Below, piece after piece: positions 1 through 13,333 of a stretch of 64,000 nucleotides of DNA. The DNA comes from Azolla caroliniana (lineage: Eukaryota > Plantae > Polypodiophyta): NCBI GenBank assembly GCA_043228905.1, contig JBHGNT010000020.1:1612001-1676000 (forward strand), read 5' to 3'. Each line of letters opens with the position of its first letter. Within the stretch, counting starts at the first letter, position 1. The position numbers and the translations under genes were made by a program. The notes beneath the pieces are model-generated. The model saw nothing but the letters and a program-made list of their open reading frames with translations, was not told the origin of the DNA and did no database searches.

Positions 1-899
1 TTCAACCATATTTCCTTTTCTTGGCTTGTATCCTCATCTCCCCTTGCATCCTCTATGCAACGCCTACAACCTATTCTAGGCCTACAAACCCAGGGTTTTA
101 TTAGAACCCTAATTTTAGTCGAAACCCTAATTAATTAATTAATAGTGAATTAATTAATGTTTTCGTGATTAAATTAATGATTGCTAATTAACTAATGTTT
201 TCATGAATTAATTCTTTTTTTAGTGAATTAAATATTTTTTATTATGTAAATTTAAAACGAATGGTTTTAGGATATTCTTGGAGTCATTTTTTATTCTCGA
301 ATATCACATTGTGTGATGTGGCGTGTCCAGTGTGAGAAAATGTGAGAAAGTGAGGTACCACGGACATTACATAAGAAAGTATAAATATGAAAATAAATAA
401 GTAATTAATAAGTGGCCATTGGCAATGGTTCAATGGTTAGGCCAATAAGTATATACAAAGAAGTGTAGAGTTCAAGTGTTTGTTGGTGTGAATCAAGGAA
501 AATTTTGTACCCCTTGCTTTTGTGAGAAATGAAATAATAAAAGCATGTAATGTTAAAATAGGCGCTTCAGGGCTTTTTTGGGGGGTCGCCCATTTTGTCT
601 TTAAGGGGGGACCACTAGGGTTTCATGGCTCTTCTTCTTCTTCTTTTTCTTTAGGGTTAGGGTTTGGGGGGCTCAATTTTTGTGGTATCACCATCATCAT
701 GTTCTTCTTCATTTGATAGTGCTTCTTATCAAGATACTTGAGGTTTTGAGGGTTTCACTTTGTCCTCTTCATTGTGTGTTCTTCATCATCTCCATCTTCA
801 TCATCATTTTCATATTCTCCTTCACCTTCTCAAGTGTACCTCAACTCATACGTTCACATCATCGTCTTTTCATTAACTTGACAATTTGGATCCACCATC

Positions 900-3710
900 A
901 CCACTTGCGGATAGAGGCCCAGTGCTTGTTTGTGCATGTGAGATGCACACTTCGCGACAACGTATGTGTCAATCTATGTCCACCCCAATTGGAAATCCAA
1001 GGTGACCACAAATTATACCACCGACCTAACCCTAACACAACTTGTTTTGTACATGAAATGAGGACAAATTTATGCATATTAATTCGCAAACTTGAAGCAT
1101 TTGAAAAAAAATCCACACATCTCTTGTCTTACTACTATTTTCTCGATTAAGTGCCAAAAACATGATATCGTCATCCACAAGATCTTGAACAATACACGGC
1201 TTCTTTGATGGCAACCTTAGTCCAAACAATTCTACTTCCACATCCATATTGTGTAATTTGGCAAGAATAGGACGTGTCACAATAGTGAATAGTAAATGAT
1301 GGAATGGGCATCCCTATCTAATCGATTTCGAATAGAAAAAGGTTTTGTTACTCCATTAAACCACACATATGAAACAAAACCCTCCCCTAATGTATATATC
1401 AACTTAAACATACGATCACCAAAACCTTTATGAGTCACCAAAGGATTTATAATTACCAATCCACATTATCATAGGCCTTCTCAATATCCAATTGTAACAA
1501 GATTAATTCTTGTTAACACTCATTTGCATAGTCAATTGTCATTTGAACATTTAAAATATTATTTAAAAGATCTCTTTTTGTTAAAAACCCATATTAAGCT
1601 TTATGAATAACATAAGGTAAAATCTTATGTAATCTATTGACCATCACTTTGCAAAAATCTTGTACATTCCCCCCATGAATGAAATAGGCCTCATCCCTCC
1701 ACTAAGCAAAAGAAGATGGAAAAGGTACCTTCTAAGAGCTTTATAAAACCAATCTTCCAAGAATGAGGCACTTCCCCTAATGTCCACAGCTTTTGAAATA
1801 AGACTATAAGAGGCCCCTTTAACTTAATTACATATTTCTTAAAGACTTCATTTATTAATCCATCCCACCCAAGACTCTTATCATTAGTAAGATGTGATAT
1901 GATGTATTCCACCTCATCCTATGAAATATCAACATCTAATGATTGTGCCACATCATGTGATACATGATTTTTCACTCCATTAAAAAAACCAGCTCTATCC
2001 TTTTTAACATTGTCATCAATACATAATTGTATATATCTAACAATTGTGTTTAATATTGTTGAGATATCAAGCTCAACTAGATTTAGTTAGTTAGTCAACA
2101 CACGTAACGTAGTAGTTACCTAGATAAAATCTAGTTAGTGTGTTGACTTTAAAGCCTTAAATAGGATTTTGTACTTGAGTAGGATACATTGTAGATCCTC
2201 CACTCCCATGTTCATTTAATATAGGAATTACACCTTTGTACCTATATTTTACTCACACATGTGCACCTTTGGACATGAGATGTATATATACCTCATTGTG
2301 GGTATTTTTGTATTTTCTCATTCTAAAGGTAGTGATGAATTCCATAATATCTTGTTAACTTCCGAACATTCACAACAAACACTTCCCATGCTTCATACCC
2401 ATCAAATTGAACATGATAGACAAATACATCAATCAAGTGGCACATATAGGCATGGAAGACATCATAATCCAAAAAAGAAGAACTAAAAATCAATGATAGT
2501 TTTTCTAAGAACTCATGAAAAGCTCTAATTGAGGGTGCAAGAATTCAAAAAATAATAGAAATCTATCTAATATAATTGACCCCCATAAGACACTGAAATA
2601 TCCAAAATCTTTAGTAAAAACCCTTCGGTATATATTATATACATTCAATCTAGCATACTCCAAGTATCCTTATATTGAGGCGATTGAAAGATACAACCAA
2701 GTTCATCTCCCTTAATCCATTTCTATACATCCCTTACTATAGCTTCTGTCTCAAATTCACCCCACTCTTGAGCCTCTAGTCCATCCATAATAGAGTGAAT
2801 AAATGTTGATTAATTTGCCTTACAAGAGACATTAAAATCTCCCATTAATAAACCCTATCACCCATTATCAAGCATCAAGATTTGAGATCTCCATAACAAC
2901 TTACGTTCTTGTGAATCATTCAAGGTATATACCACAACTAACCAAAGAACTTGCCCTTCATAACATATCTCAACCACTATACATCTTCCAAATTCCTCTC
3001 AAACAATTACTTTTGGGTGAAATATGTCTCTAATAAACATGACAATCCCGGAATAATATCCATGAACATTGCCAACATAACTTAGTGTATAACCCTTAGA
3101 ATAACTAATTAATCCAACATTACAATTATCATTACACTCCACTACACATAAAACATCCCGCTGCTCACTTAACACGATCCCACAAAACTTAGGCATTCTA
3201 AACCTAGAACACAATCCCCTTACATTCCATGTTGTGATCTTCATACTTTATTTGTATCTTTAATACGAGAAATCTCCTTCTCTGTCACTTGGATTAATGT
3301 TTCTACCATATATTCATATAAATTCCCTAAGATTGCATAGGAATTACTATGGGAATGCAAAACTCAACCTCGATGGCTCCTCTTATGGACGAGGCACCTG
3401 TTTCCGTTTATTCCAAGGAGCATACAAATTACCTTTATTATCAAAAGACAATTTCTTTGGATAGTCCTCTTGAACACCCCATGGTTTATTCCGCATGACA
3501 TTTTTTGTTGAATTGGTGTTACCTTCTCCATAGATACATTACGCCCAACATTCTTATTAAAATTCATCATCTTTCCAACAATTATTGACCATTACCATTC
3601 ATCATGTAGAGTCTTTCTATCCTTGTCATTCGTAGGCAGTTGTTCCTTTATTTTCTTTGAGATTGTTAAAGTTTGAATCTAATCATGGTTTGTAGGCTCT
3701 TCATGTACAA
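900..3710 (-). mobile_element. Decayed L1-like LINE (APE endonuclease + RT remnants)
   Basis: MKITTWNVRGL endonuclease N-terminus at 3244; KSLGWDG (KSPGPDG-like) in ORF 1691-1912; ILLQLDIEKAYD near 1470-1503; SIR*GCP near 1320; LVDDD near 1170. Many stops and frameshifts; ends approximate. Confidence 0.85.
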
Positions 3711-4199
3711 CTTCTAGGAAAGGAGGGACGACGACGAGCAGTTTCGCGACCGGAGGCCTCCGGGTGGGCATCGGTGCTTGTGGTGTGACGTGGTCGGTCA
3801 CATCCGGAAGGACTGCGTGGACTTCGCAGAAGCGATAAGGGCTAACGTGGTGTACCTGTGGAACAAGGAGGAGGGATGAAAGGGTTGATGGAAGAAGCGG
3901 CGGCGCACCATGCAGAGACCATCCACTACTCGGCGTTGGCAGGAATACGGGTCGGGAGTGACGAAGGCCGGAGGACGAAGGACTCCGGGTTCTGGCCGTT
4001 GGTGCTAGGAGGCCTCGCCGGCATGCAGTTGAGGAAGGAGGAAGCGGAACGCGCGGAAAGACGGGTCCGGGAGGTCACCGGGTGGAGCGATCTGGTCGAG
4101 GAAAAGACCGGCTTCGTGGAAGCCGCGTGCTAGAACTACGAGGTTTTGGTAGAAGACAAGCGTGCGGGAAAAGCTGGAGGGGACGGAACCTCCTAGCAG

Positions 4200-7100
4200 T
4201 ATGAGACCCGGTTCGGGCCGAAGCAGAATGATGCTGGTAAACCCAGTGCACCGGATAGAACGAAGCGGGCCGGTTACCGGCTGAGCACGGAGATTGAGAG
4301 GACGACGGACCTGTGGAAGGTCCTTGAGGAGCAGATTATCGACAACAAGGTGGAGTTGTCGCTAAGGAAGGTGCTCGGGATTGCCAAGAAGGAGTTCCAC
4401 GATTCCATTGTGGACTTGGTGAAGCGTAAACGGCTCTCAACGGAGCTGGAGCCGGAGAAGCTGGTTGAGGTGCGAACGACACACTTGGAGGATGTGGCCC
4501 TAGAAGACGAGTTGGCAGAGAGCCACTATTTGAAGTTGCACTGGGCAAGGGCTACTACGGAAACCCCCGTTCGAGTCGGGGACGTGTAGGAGCCGATAGT
4601 GGCGTTGATCGACCATGGGTCGGAGATCAACCTGATGTCTATGGACTTCTACAAGAAGGGTAAGTGGCCGATCAACACCAAACACGGGTGGAAAATACGA
4701 GCAATGATGCGCGCCACAAAGGAGCTACACGGGGGCCTGCCCAAATGTACGGGTGAAAATCGGTGATATCGAGATTGACCAACACTTCTTCGTGCAGGAG
4801 ACATCCTCGCAGCTGGTGATACTCGGAGAACGATACATTACGGTAGCATGCATGGAGACGAAGGTGCTGGATAATGGTTCGGCGTATGCACGTGTGAAGA
4901 GCCAAGATGAGCGACACTTTGTCCAATTTTTGACGGTGCGACCGAACCACGAGCGCAACCGCGAGGCCCTTGGCGGCGAAAGCCGAGGGGATTTTTAGAG
5001 AGGGCTATCAAGGCGTGGGGCCGCGGTAGTCTGGACACCCCGGAGAAACCCCACACGTGTACCATAGGAAGGAAACCCTGGACTATAGACAGGAAATTTT
5101 GGTTCTCCGACAACGGAGGCTGTACAATAAATGGCATTAGCGATTGGGAGAAGAAGCGGGCAGAAGAACGTCTCAGGGCATGCGGAGTTCTAGGCCCTGA
5201 CGAAGTGATAGGTAGCGCCGTGGAGGCGGTCTCTTTCGATGATACCTTGGGAGGTCTGAGGAACGTGCTCGAAGAAGGCCTTAGGGAAGACCGGATGATT
5301 CTGCTTAGTTCGGAACGGATGTACGAAGTCATCGCCGACTTTGGCAAAGGGGTCGAGTCGGATCAGATGGCCCGTGTGGATACAAGGTACAAGATTGTGG
5401 ACCGGAAGGTGAGGCCAGTCGCGGCACCCTTGCCGGAGGGCAGCAAGTTACGGATGAAAAGGGTCGCGTCAGACCCAAGTTTACGAGATCCGGCCGGCAT
5501 AGGACACCGGTTCACCGACATAACGCTAGGGGAGCTCAAGGTCGGTGGGGGTGGCTTTCTACTGCCGGCGGAGGAGGAACGGTTTCGAAGAATGCTCGGG
5601 AGGCACAGGAAGGCCTTCGCATTCTCGCCGGAAGAGATCGGGTGCGTAGACCCGACGGTCATTGAGCTGATGGTTATCTTCACGGTACCGCATGTGTCGT
5701 GGAATCTCAAACCGATTCCAGTACCTAGAGCTCACATCCCGAAGCTGATGGAACTGCTGAAGCAGAAGGTGGAGATGGGCATCCTCGAACCGTCGAGTGC
5801 CCCATACTCGAATCGGTGGTTTACCGTGCCAAAGAAGAACGACACATTGCGCTTTATTTAGGACCTGCAGCCGGTCAACAAGATGACCATTCAGAACGCA
5901 GGAATCGAACTGACCATTGACGAGTTTGCGGAGGCCTTCGCCGGAAGGTCGATTTACTCGATCGGGGATCTGTACTTGGGGTACGGCCAATTCCAACTAG
6001 CCGTAGAAAGCAGGGATATTACAACAATGCGGACTCCTCTCGGCCTAGTGTGGATGTGTACCCTTCCGCAAGGGGGGACAAACTCGGTAGCGCACATGGT
6101 AAATGTGATGAATAAGGTGCTAAGGGACTGTATCCCGGACATCACCATGCCGTTTTTGGATGACATCCCGATCAAGGGATGTCCGGTGGAGGATAAGGAC
6201 GAAACGGTCGGACCAGACGGGTGTCGGAAATTCGTCTCGAACCACATCGGAGATTGCGAGAAGGTGCTACAAAAGCTGGAAGGCGCGTGGCTCACCTTCT
6301 CCGGGAAGAAATCGGCTTTCGGACAGTCGAAAATCATGGTCGTCGGACACTTGTGTGGGCCTTACGGTTGGAAACCGTCTCCGGCTAAGGTGGAAGCTAT
6401 CTTTGCGATGAAGGAAGACCGTAGGTCGGTTATAGAAATCCGGAGGTTCTTGGGAGCTTGCGCATTCTACCACATTTGGATCCCGCATTACACCCATATC
6501 GTAGAGCCGCTCTACGGGTTGTTGAAGAAAGGGCACAAGTTCGAGTGGAGCGGGGAGCATGCGGAGTCAGTCCGGAAAATGAAAGAAGCGCTTGCCGCGG
6601 CACCAACACTTCGGAAAGCGGTCTACGGCAAACATGTTCCGATTTGCGCAACAGTAGACACGAGTTCGATCGGAATCGGATGGGTGATCAACTAGGAGGA
6701 TGAGAACGACACGAGGTTCCCCATCTGGTTTGGTGCGAAAGTACTTAGTGAACGACAATGAGGATACGTCCAGGTTAAACGCGAGCTCTGGGGTATTGTT
6801 TCGGTGGTCAAGGCCAACAAAGACTACCTGATCGGGACAGAGGTAATAATAGAGACAGAATGCCTACTGATTCTCAGTATGGTTTCCGGATGTGCGCTGC
6901 TGGACCTAGCAATGCTCATGTGGATAGCGTACATTAAGTCCCTGAATCCGGAGATACGGTGTCACGGTATTCCGTGAGTACATGTAGGATCTTAGGCAGG
7001 ACTGCGGGGGTCTTGGACTAGGGAGATGGATGGTGGAGTCCTTAAGCTTTGTGGGCTTCGGTCCGGAATCGGCTTCCGGCTCCAACGAATGTAGGGCTTC

Positions 7101-9467
7101 ACAAACGGTTCACCACGACTATGGGCCCGACTCAAATATGTTACAAGGAAGGTAGATATACACTAACATGAATATATATTACAAGAGTTTCACCACAAGA
7201 CGGTTACATGCCCCGAATCTAGTGGCTATTACATATCAATAGGCTAATACAACAAGTTAAGAGTGGGAACCGGCGAAGGCAAGTCAAGTGGGCCGTCCAC
7301 TGTTGATCACGCCCCGAAGACGGTGGAGTGTTCCTGTGCCACTTCGCCCTCCCTTCTCGAACCGGCCGCCACTGGAATGCCTAAAGCTGCCGTTGTAGGA
7401 ACCCCCGAACCAAACCAAACTCTCACACAAAGAAGAGAGAGTAACACCCGAAACCCGAAACCCGAAACCCGAAACCGCATAAACCCTAACTCGCACGAAC
7501 TCTCACAAGAAGAAGAACCTAAACGGAATACTAAACCTCCATTCAAGAAGAAGGAATCAAACCCATAAGACAAAGAAGACCAAAGTAAAACCCTAAAACA
7601 AAATAGAGTGAAAAGACCAAAGTAGAAACCCTAAGGGAACAAGAATAAGATGAAGAGGAAGAACACTACCAAACCCTAGACCTAAGTGGTATACCCTTCC
7701 TAACTCAAAATGGGCAACCCCTTTTACAAGGGACACGCTCTTCCTTTTATAGAACAAGGAGAGGGATGTGTAACAATGTGGGATAAATCCCGATTTACAT
7801 GGGATTTTGTGTCCCAACTTAACTCCTACTCGGCACCATAAAGGCACCCCTATTATTCACACATTTTTACAAGGGTAAGTGCACATGATGCACTCTGTCG
7901 ATTCTTCTCATATCCCCCGGTTTCTCACCATGGCCCGGAATCTTCACGACAACGACACATCTCCGGGAAGGACAACGCCATGGCCGACATGCTTTTGAGA
8001 GAGAGGGCAGCATGGTCTTAGAGGACGAGGAAGTCAGCGTGGACTTCTTCGAGACGGCTTACGTAACGACGAGAAAGGGGAGCACTCTGGCGCTTAACGA
8101 GTTCGACGAGAGCAAGTACGACGGGAAGTGGCTCTAGATCGGCAGGTTCTTGAGGACGTTGGCGTCAGATGCAGCGTGGACGAAGGAAGAGGCTAACTGG
8201 ATCTAGAAGAAAGCGTACCAATTCTTCCTACAGGACGGAAGCATATGGAAGCACCCGAACAAGCGAGATGGCGTCCCACTCCGGGTAGTGGCGAGGGAGG
8301 AGGAGCAGGAAGCATTGCTGATGGCGTACCACGAGAGTCCTTGGGCCGGACATCGGGGGACGTGGGCACACGTTCGAGAAGCTGAAGGAGAAGTATTGGT
8401 GGTCAGGACTGTATCAGGACGTGCATTGGTTCGTAACGACTTGCGAAAGCTGTCAGATGCATTCCATAGTCTGACATCGGGACAAGCTGCACCCGACTTA
8501 CCCACCGACCATCCACTTCAAGTGGATGGTGGATCTGGTGACGATGCAAATGGGGGTAGGGTAGATGCGATACCTAGTGCTAACATGAGAGGACCTAACG
8601 AACCAAGTGGAAGGTTGAGCGTTACCGAACAAGACGACCGTGGTTGTGTGCCGGTTCTTGATCGAAGAGGTGGTATGTTGGTACGGATGCGTAGGGAAGA
8701 TTGTAGCGGACCGTGGAGAACTAGATGTGCAAGAGGCCGAAGAGTTGTTTGATTGGTTAGGGGTTAAACTCTCGCTCACCACGGCGTACAATCTGGAGGC
8801 AAACAGGAAGGTGGAACGCGGACACTGGCCAATCGCAAAGGTGTTGGTATGGGCATGTGACGGCCAAGCCGGAAACTGGCCGCGGCTCCTACCTTACGCG
8901 TTGTGGGCGGACCAAACTACGCACAGTTCGGTAACCGGGTTCATGCCGCCGGAGCTTATGTACGAGCCGAAGCCGATCATGCCGATGGAGCGAACGATCT
9001 CCTCATGGGCCACGGTGGACTGGAGAGATGAGATGAGCCGGGAGGAGCTGTTAACGGTGCAAATTCGACAACTCGAGCGAAGACCGGAGGACGTGGAACG
9101 AGCAACGACGAAGCTACGTGTGGCAAGGACAAAGAACAAGGGGTGATTCGACCGGACTCACCGACTACGACCGAAGAAAATCGAGGAAGGCGACTGGGTT
9201 CTGGTCTACGACAACAACCTTGACAACCAGCACAAGGCGATGCGGAAATTTGCGAAGAGGTGGTTCAGGCCTTACGCAGTGACAAGCGCCAACGACAACG
9301 GCACCTACCATCTCGCGGAGCCCGACGGAACGAGAATAGTTGTGCTAGTGGTCGGGAAGAAGATCAAGGCGTTCAAGAAGCGGCACGAGGACGAACCAGA
9401 CATAGAGGACATGGATAGCGACGATGACCGGTTCGAAGCGGATGGCGATCCGGAGAACGAAAGATAA
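4200..9467 (+). pseudogene. pol: Gy1 gag-pol remnant
   Basis: ORFs 4350, 4753, 5205, 5883, 8640 and 9240 are consecutive PR/RT/RH/INT pieces broken by stops, frameshifts and the 6960-7951 insertion. Confidence 0.88.
6960..7951 (-). mobile_element. Solo LTR S1 (~990 bp), related to the GyB LTR
   Basis: Minus strand reads TGTCGTGAAG...CCGTGACA; 7700-7860 is the reverse complement of a close homologue of 11280-11440; it splits host codons NPEIR|HISGKDN; flanks ACGG/ACGA. Confidence 0.85.
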
Positions 9468-9540
9468 ACGTGGGTCGGTCTTCTCCGGCAAAGGTCTATT
9501 TTGGCGCATACCGGTGGATGCGCGGTTAGGTGGGGGTGGA

Positions 9541-10183
9541 TGTTGTGGAGAAAACCGTCCCTAGGAGGAATCGGTGAATAGTGTGCGTGAACCGGCCCTT
9601 ACACACGGGCACATGTTTTGATGTATTATACATAGTTAGGTACACGTCAGTGATGTGAATATCCTAGGTAGCGCGTATGCATTAGGTAGAGAATCGAGGA
9701 GTATCTCTATAAAAAAGGATATAGAATAAAAGTGATGGAACAGACTGTAATGTCTCTCTCCTTGGGCTATAAGAGGAGAGGAAACGAGACTGAGAGGGGG
9801 GCTGTTGTGGAGGACGAAGTGTTGTCGGACTGGAACCGAGCTCTTCTCCTCTGCTTTTCATCGTGCTCTGTAGGTTTTGGGAGGCTGCCTCTGCTTCGTG
9901 GAAAGCCTGAGTGCTTCCGGCAGAGGCTCCATCTCGCGTTGTCCGTGTGCGTTGTGTGAGTTGGGGTTAGCGCATTGACGCACCGGCTAGCCGACTGTGA
10001 TATTAATCATAAATATATATTTTCCTTATTCATTGTTTGATCTTTGCTGTGAGTTCTCTGTGTATTTGTGTGCACGGCTCGGCCGTGGTTTTGTGTCGCT
10101 CCTCCCTCTGTCCAGTTATTCCCCGGTTCAAGGCCCCCGCGGTCCTGCCTTTGTTTCTCCTGCGCGTGCAAAATAACACGACA
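9541..10183 (+). repeat. Gy1 3' LTR
   Basis: TGTTGTGG...CACGACA after the PPT; homologous to 37670-38215 on the minus strand. Confidence 0.8.
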
Positions 10184-10504
10184 ACATGCAAATGTTTTTT
10201 TAATAAATAGGTTAGTTTTTTAGGTGCCTTACATAGAGCTTCTTCGGGGGTCGGACTAACATTAGTCCATATTTCCATGCCTCCCCTTCTATTCGTTTCA
10301 ATAGACTGGGTGATAACTAATTTGACAGTTGGGACTAAATAGATGAGATGGTATTGTATGAGACGACTTCATTTTTGGAGTCCACATACGGATTCTCTAA
10401 GATGTTGGGATAGCTATTGCTGCATCTCCCAATAAAGAAATCCCTTTTGATTCTTGGAATCAAATTGCTTCTAGCACAGTTCCATATAGGTGAGTTAGAG
10501 TGTT

Positions 10505-10907
10505 TGTTGAGAGACAAGCTCAACATCGGCTGGATCGGCTGAAGAAGCCGAGGACCGGATCGGTTGGGACCGATCGGTTAGGCCGAGTGCGTAAACCGGG
10601 AGGCCGTTAGGAAAGATATTATGTGAGGAATATATTTGGGAGTTAGTGTAGGAGCTCTTAAAGAGCATTGAAGTATGGTCAGTACTTCGGTTAGTCCTTC
10701 GAGGACTTGTATAAAAGTTTTCATGGAACACACATATGTACAGTGTAGTGAATTGAGATCCTTTGTTGAATATAGTTCTTGTATTTTCTCTCTCTCACTC
10801 TCTCTGTCTCTCCCGCGTATACTGCGTAAGCTCAAGCTCTCCATTAAACCTGAGTTTTCTTCCTTTTGTTCGGTCTTCATACTTGCTTCCGCACGTTACT
10901 TTTTACA
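10505..10907 (+). repeat. CopA 5' LTR
   Basis: TGTTGAGAGAC...TTTACA; nearly identical to 28056-28458. Confidence 0.95.
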
Positions 10908-10920
10908 TGGTATCAGAGCG
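10908..10920 (+). promoter_or_regulatory. PBS (tRNA-iMet)
   Basis: TGGTATCAGAGCG directly after the LTR. Confidence 0.92.
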
Positions 10921-10979
10921 CGAGGGTTGAGAACCTCTCTACAGCTGACACAGCTTGACGAAGAAGAACAAGAAGAATG

Positions 10980-11187
10980 ATGGATAGAGGCATGGCGAGC
11001 TCGCTTCCAACAGAGAAGCTCGACAGAACCAACTACGCGTCTTGGTCTTACAAGATGCACTAGTACCTGCTCGGGCACGACTACTGGAGTTATGTCGAAG
11101 GAGCTAATGATGTGGCACCCGAATCGACACACAAAGACTTCCCGTTGTGGGAGCAATCGGCGAGCAGGGTATTATACTGCCTCGCGT
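10980..11187 (+). pseudogene. gag: CopA gag 5' fragment
   Basis: MDRGMASSLPTEKLDRTNYASWSYKMH*YLLGHDYW, homologous to the gag at 34233; cut by GyB. Confidence 0.85.
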
Positions 11188-11747
11188 TGTCGTGAAGAAT
11201 TTCGGCCAGAGGCGGAAACCGGGAAACATTTGCTACATCGGCGGGGTGCAGCGTGTGTACGCACCCATGTACATTTAGTGTGAATATCGAGGGTGCCTTT
11301 ATGGCGCCGAAGAGTAGTCAAGTCGGGACAAATGATCCCGTGTAAGTCGGGATTTATCCCACATTGTAACGCATCCCTCTCCTTGTTCTATAAAAGGAAG
11401 GGAACGCCCTTTGTGAAAGGGTTGCCCATTTTGCATTAGAGGGTATACCGTTAGGTTTAGAGTTAGTTTCTTCCTCTTCTCCCCCTTCGTGTTCGCTTAG
11501 GGTTTGCTGCAGCTCATCTCCTGCGCAAGACCCCACTCGGAGCGACGAGCCCGTGAGCTCCCCGACCGGCGGCTTGGCAGTTGACGACTACTGTAACCTA
11601 CCTCGGTCCGGCTCGAAGCCGGGAATGTATTCTTCTTTTATATACATATATACATTTGCGTCTGTCTGTGTATATTTGCGTCTTCGTTGGTGTCGGGTGC
11701 TTCCCCTTTCCTGCACTTCCTGTACTTAAGGGTGTGAGTCGGGTTGG

Positions 11748-11783
<36 letters not shown>

Positions 11784-11970
11784 AGTGAGTGTGCGCGAGT
11801 CGGTGTTAAGCGCTCTCTCTCTCTCTCTCTCTCTCTCCCTTCGGTTGCTTCCGGTGTGCTTCTGGGATGCCCCGGAAACGGTGAAGCACGACTTCCTACG
11901 CTCCATCACTCCCTAGTCCAAGACCCCCGTGGTCCCGCCTTTCTCCACGCATGCGCGTAACAACGCGAAA
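11188..11970 (+). repeat. GyB 5' LTR with (GT)n and (CT)n microsatellites
   Basis: Starts TGTCGTGAAG; the first ~265 bp recur at 25440; the 3' end aligns with the Gy1 LTR end. Confidence 0.85.
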
Positions 11971-11974
11971 TATT

Positions 11975-11992
11975 TGGTGAACCTGACGTGAA
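11975..11992 (+). promoter_or_regulatory. PBS (tRNA-Trp)
   Basis: TGGTGAACCTGACGTGAA matches, with one mismatch, the complement of the plant tRNA-Trp 3' end (...UUCACGUCGGGUUCACCA, recalled); same PBS at 37179-37194 and 59021-59038 on the minus strand. Confidence 0.8.
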
Positions 11993-12007
11993 AGGCGGCA
12001 AGGGAGG

Positions 12008-13333
12008 ATGGAGTCGGAAGACGACGACCTCGCGGAGATGGTGGCCGAAGTGGTATTGGAGTCGGCACGAGTGGTGATGAGGCGAGAAGCAGCGCAACAA
12101 GCGGTTGAGCGAGTGGTCGAAAGAGTCGGCCGTTTCAACGGGGACAAAGTCCCATCTTACTTGGAAGCCTACAACGCGGAAATGGAGGAGCGTGGCGTAG
12201 ACGAGGCGTTGAGGCTGGAGTTCTTCTGTCGGGTCGTGGCTGTCCGGATGCATGCGGAAATAAAGGAGCTCCGTGAGGCTCATAGTTCGTGGGAGGCCTT
12301 CGAAGAGGCGCTCCTGAAGGCATACGGAGGACGGCGGAAGAGCCGGGGACGACACGACTTTGACCAGTGGGTAGCATCGGCAAAGACCCACCGGGGCGCG
12401 ACCAAGGCGTTCCGAGAGTTCGAGCGACGGCTTGCTCGGCTCTCGGAGCGGGAACAAGGTTTGGTGGGGGCGGACAAGGTCCTATTGTTCGTCAGGTCGA
12501 TCGACCGAACGGAACGGGAGGCCATCGGGATTGAGCTCAAAGACGATGATGGAGCGAATGGGCTTACGGAGGACTGGTCGAAGGTCGGAAGGGTGTGCCA
12601 ACGGCTAGACAACGAGCGAGCCAAGAAGGCTAAGAGGAAGGGACGCGACGACGTGCCATCACAGCGGGAAGAGGCCGAACGGCAAAGGGAGTCGGCAAGG
12701 GTCGGCATTGGGGCCAGGATTGCGGAGGCGTACGCAGCTCTCAAGGCGATGCTCGAGGAAGAGGAAAGATCAAGGCCGCAAGCCGAGACTGAGGAGACGG
12801 ACCTGCCCCACGCAACGGCGAAAGATCGGTACGACGGTACGACGGGAGAGGGCGCGAAACAAAACGCCCTCTCGACTTGCAGAGATAGAACGGCCAAGGA
12901 CGAGGCCGAGATACCGATCGCGGAACCGGAACGTTGGGACCAGCGGTTTCGGGCGTGTCAGCCCGAGATCCCGGTCATTGGAGAAGCAAGCCCAGACGGG
13001 GCTTGCGCGATCTGTAAGAAGACGACCGCCGACCACGAAGAGTCAATGGCTACGGACAAGGGCGTAAAACGGACGAGCGACTCTTTGTGTCTTCCCACAC
13101 TTGCTCCCGGGACGATGGCAGTCGGGCCCGAGTGCCCACGTAAGGCCCAAGCGGAGGAAGGCGGCGGCGATAGACCAAGAATCACCTGCGAGACGATACG
13201 GGGAAGGAACGGACGAAAGCCCACGGACCCGATTCCGGAGAACTCGGCATTCGGGCCCGTATGCCCATGTAAGACCGACGAGATGGATGGCGGTACCGAG
13301 GAGTCCTGGCACGATGCAAGCGAAGTCGGATGA
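12008..13333 (+). CDS. gag: Gag-like protein (441 aa) of GyB
   Basis: Open ORF just after the PBS; RFNGDKVPSYLEAYNAEM aligns with GyF gag RFNGEDITRFLEVYEYEM (ORF 58454-58837); low-complexity C-terminal half. Confidence 0.8.
   Translation: MESEDDDLAEMVAEVVLESARVVMRREAAQQAVERVVERVGRFNGDKVPSYLEAYNAEMEERGVDEALRLEFFCRVVAVRMHAEIKELREAHSSWEAFEEALLKAYGGRRKSRGRHDFDQWVASAKTHRGATKAFREFERRLARLSEREQGLVGADKVLLFVRSIDRTEREAIGIELKDDDGANGLTEDWSKVGRVCQRLDNERAKKAKRKGRDDVPSQREEAERQRESARVGIGARIAEAYAALKAMLEEEERSRPQAETEETDLPHATAKDRYDGTTGEGAKQNALSTCRDRTAKDEAEIPIAEPERWDQRFRACQPEIPVIGEASPDGACAICKKTTADHEESMATDKGVKRTSDSLCLPTLAPGTMAVGPECPRKAQAEEGGGDRPRITCETIRGRNGRKPTDPIPENSAFGPVCPCKTDEMDGGTEESWHDASEVG

Larger units (their letters stand above)
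3715..10183 (+). mobile_element. Gy1: 5'-truncated Ty3/gypsy (non-chromovirus) element
   Basis: Domain order PR (LIDHGSEIN near 4610), RT (LPQGGTNS, FLDD), RH, INT; PPT-like AGGTGGGGGTGGA immediately before the 3' LTR at 9541; no 5' LTR. Confidence 0.9.

Noticed and set aside
651-665. TTAGGG or CCCTAA runs as interstitial telomere (also ~7480 and ~21805)
   Set aside because: Only one or two units; at most telo-box motifs.
680-1150. 156-aa hydrophobic ORF as a host membrane protein
   Set aside because: It is the antisense shadow of the LINE remnant and a purine-rich low-complexity stretch.
10184-10504. Possible LINE ORF1 remnant continuing at 28464-28740
   Set aside because: The two pieces are contiguous across the CopA TSD, but I found no diagnostic motif, so they are left unassigned.
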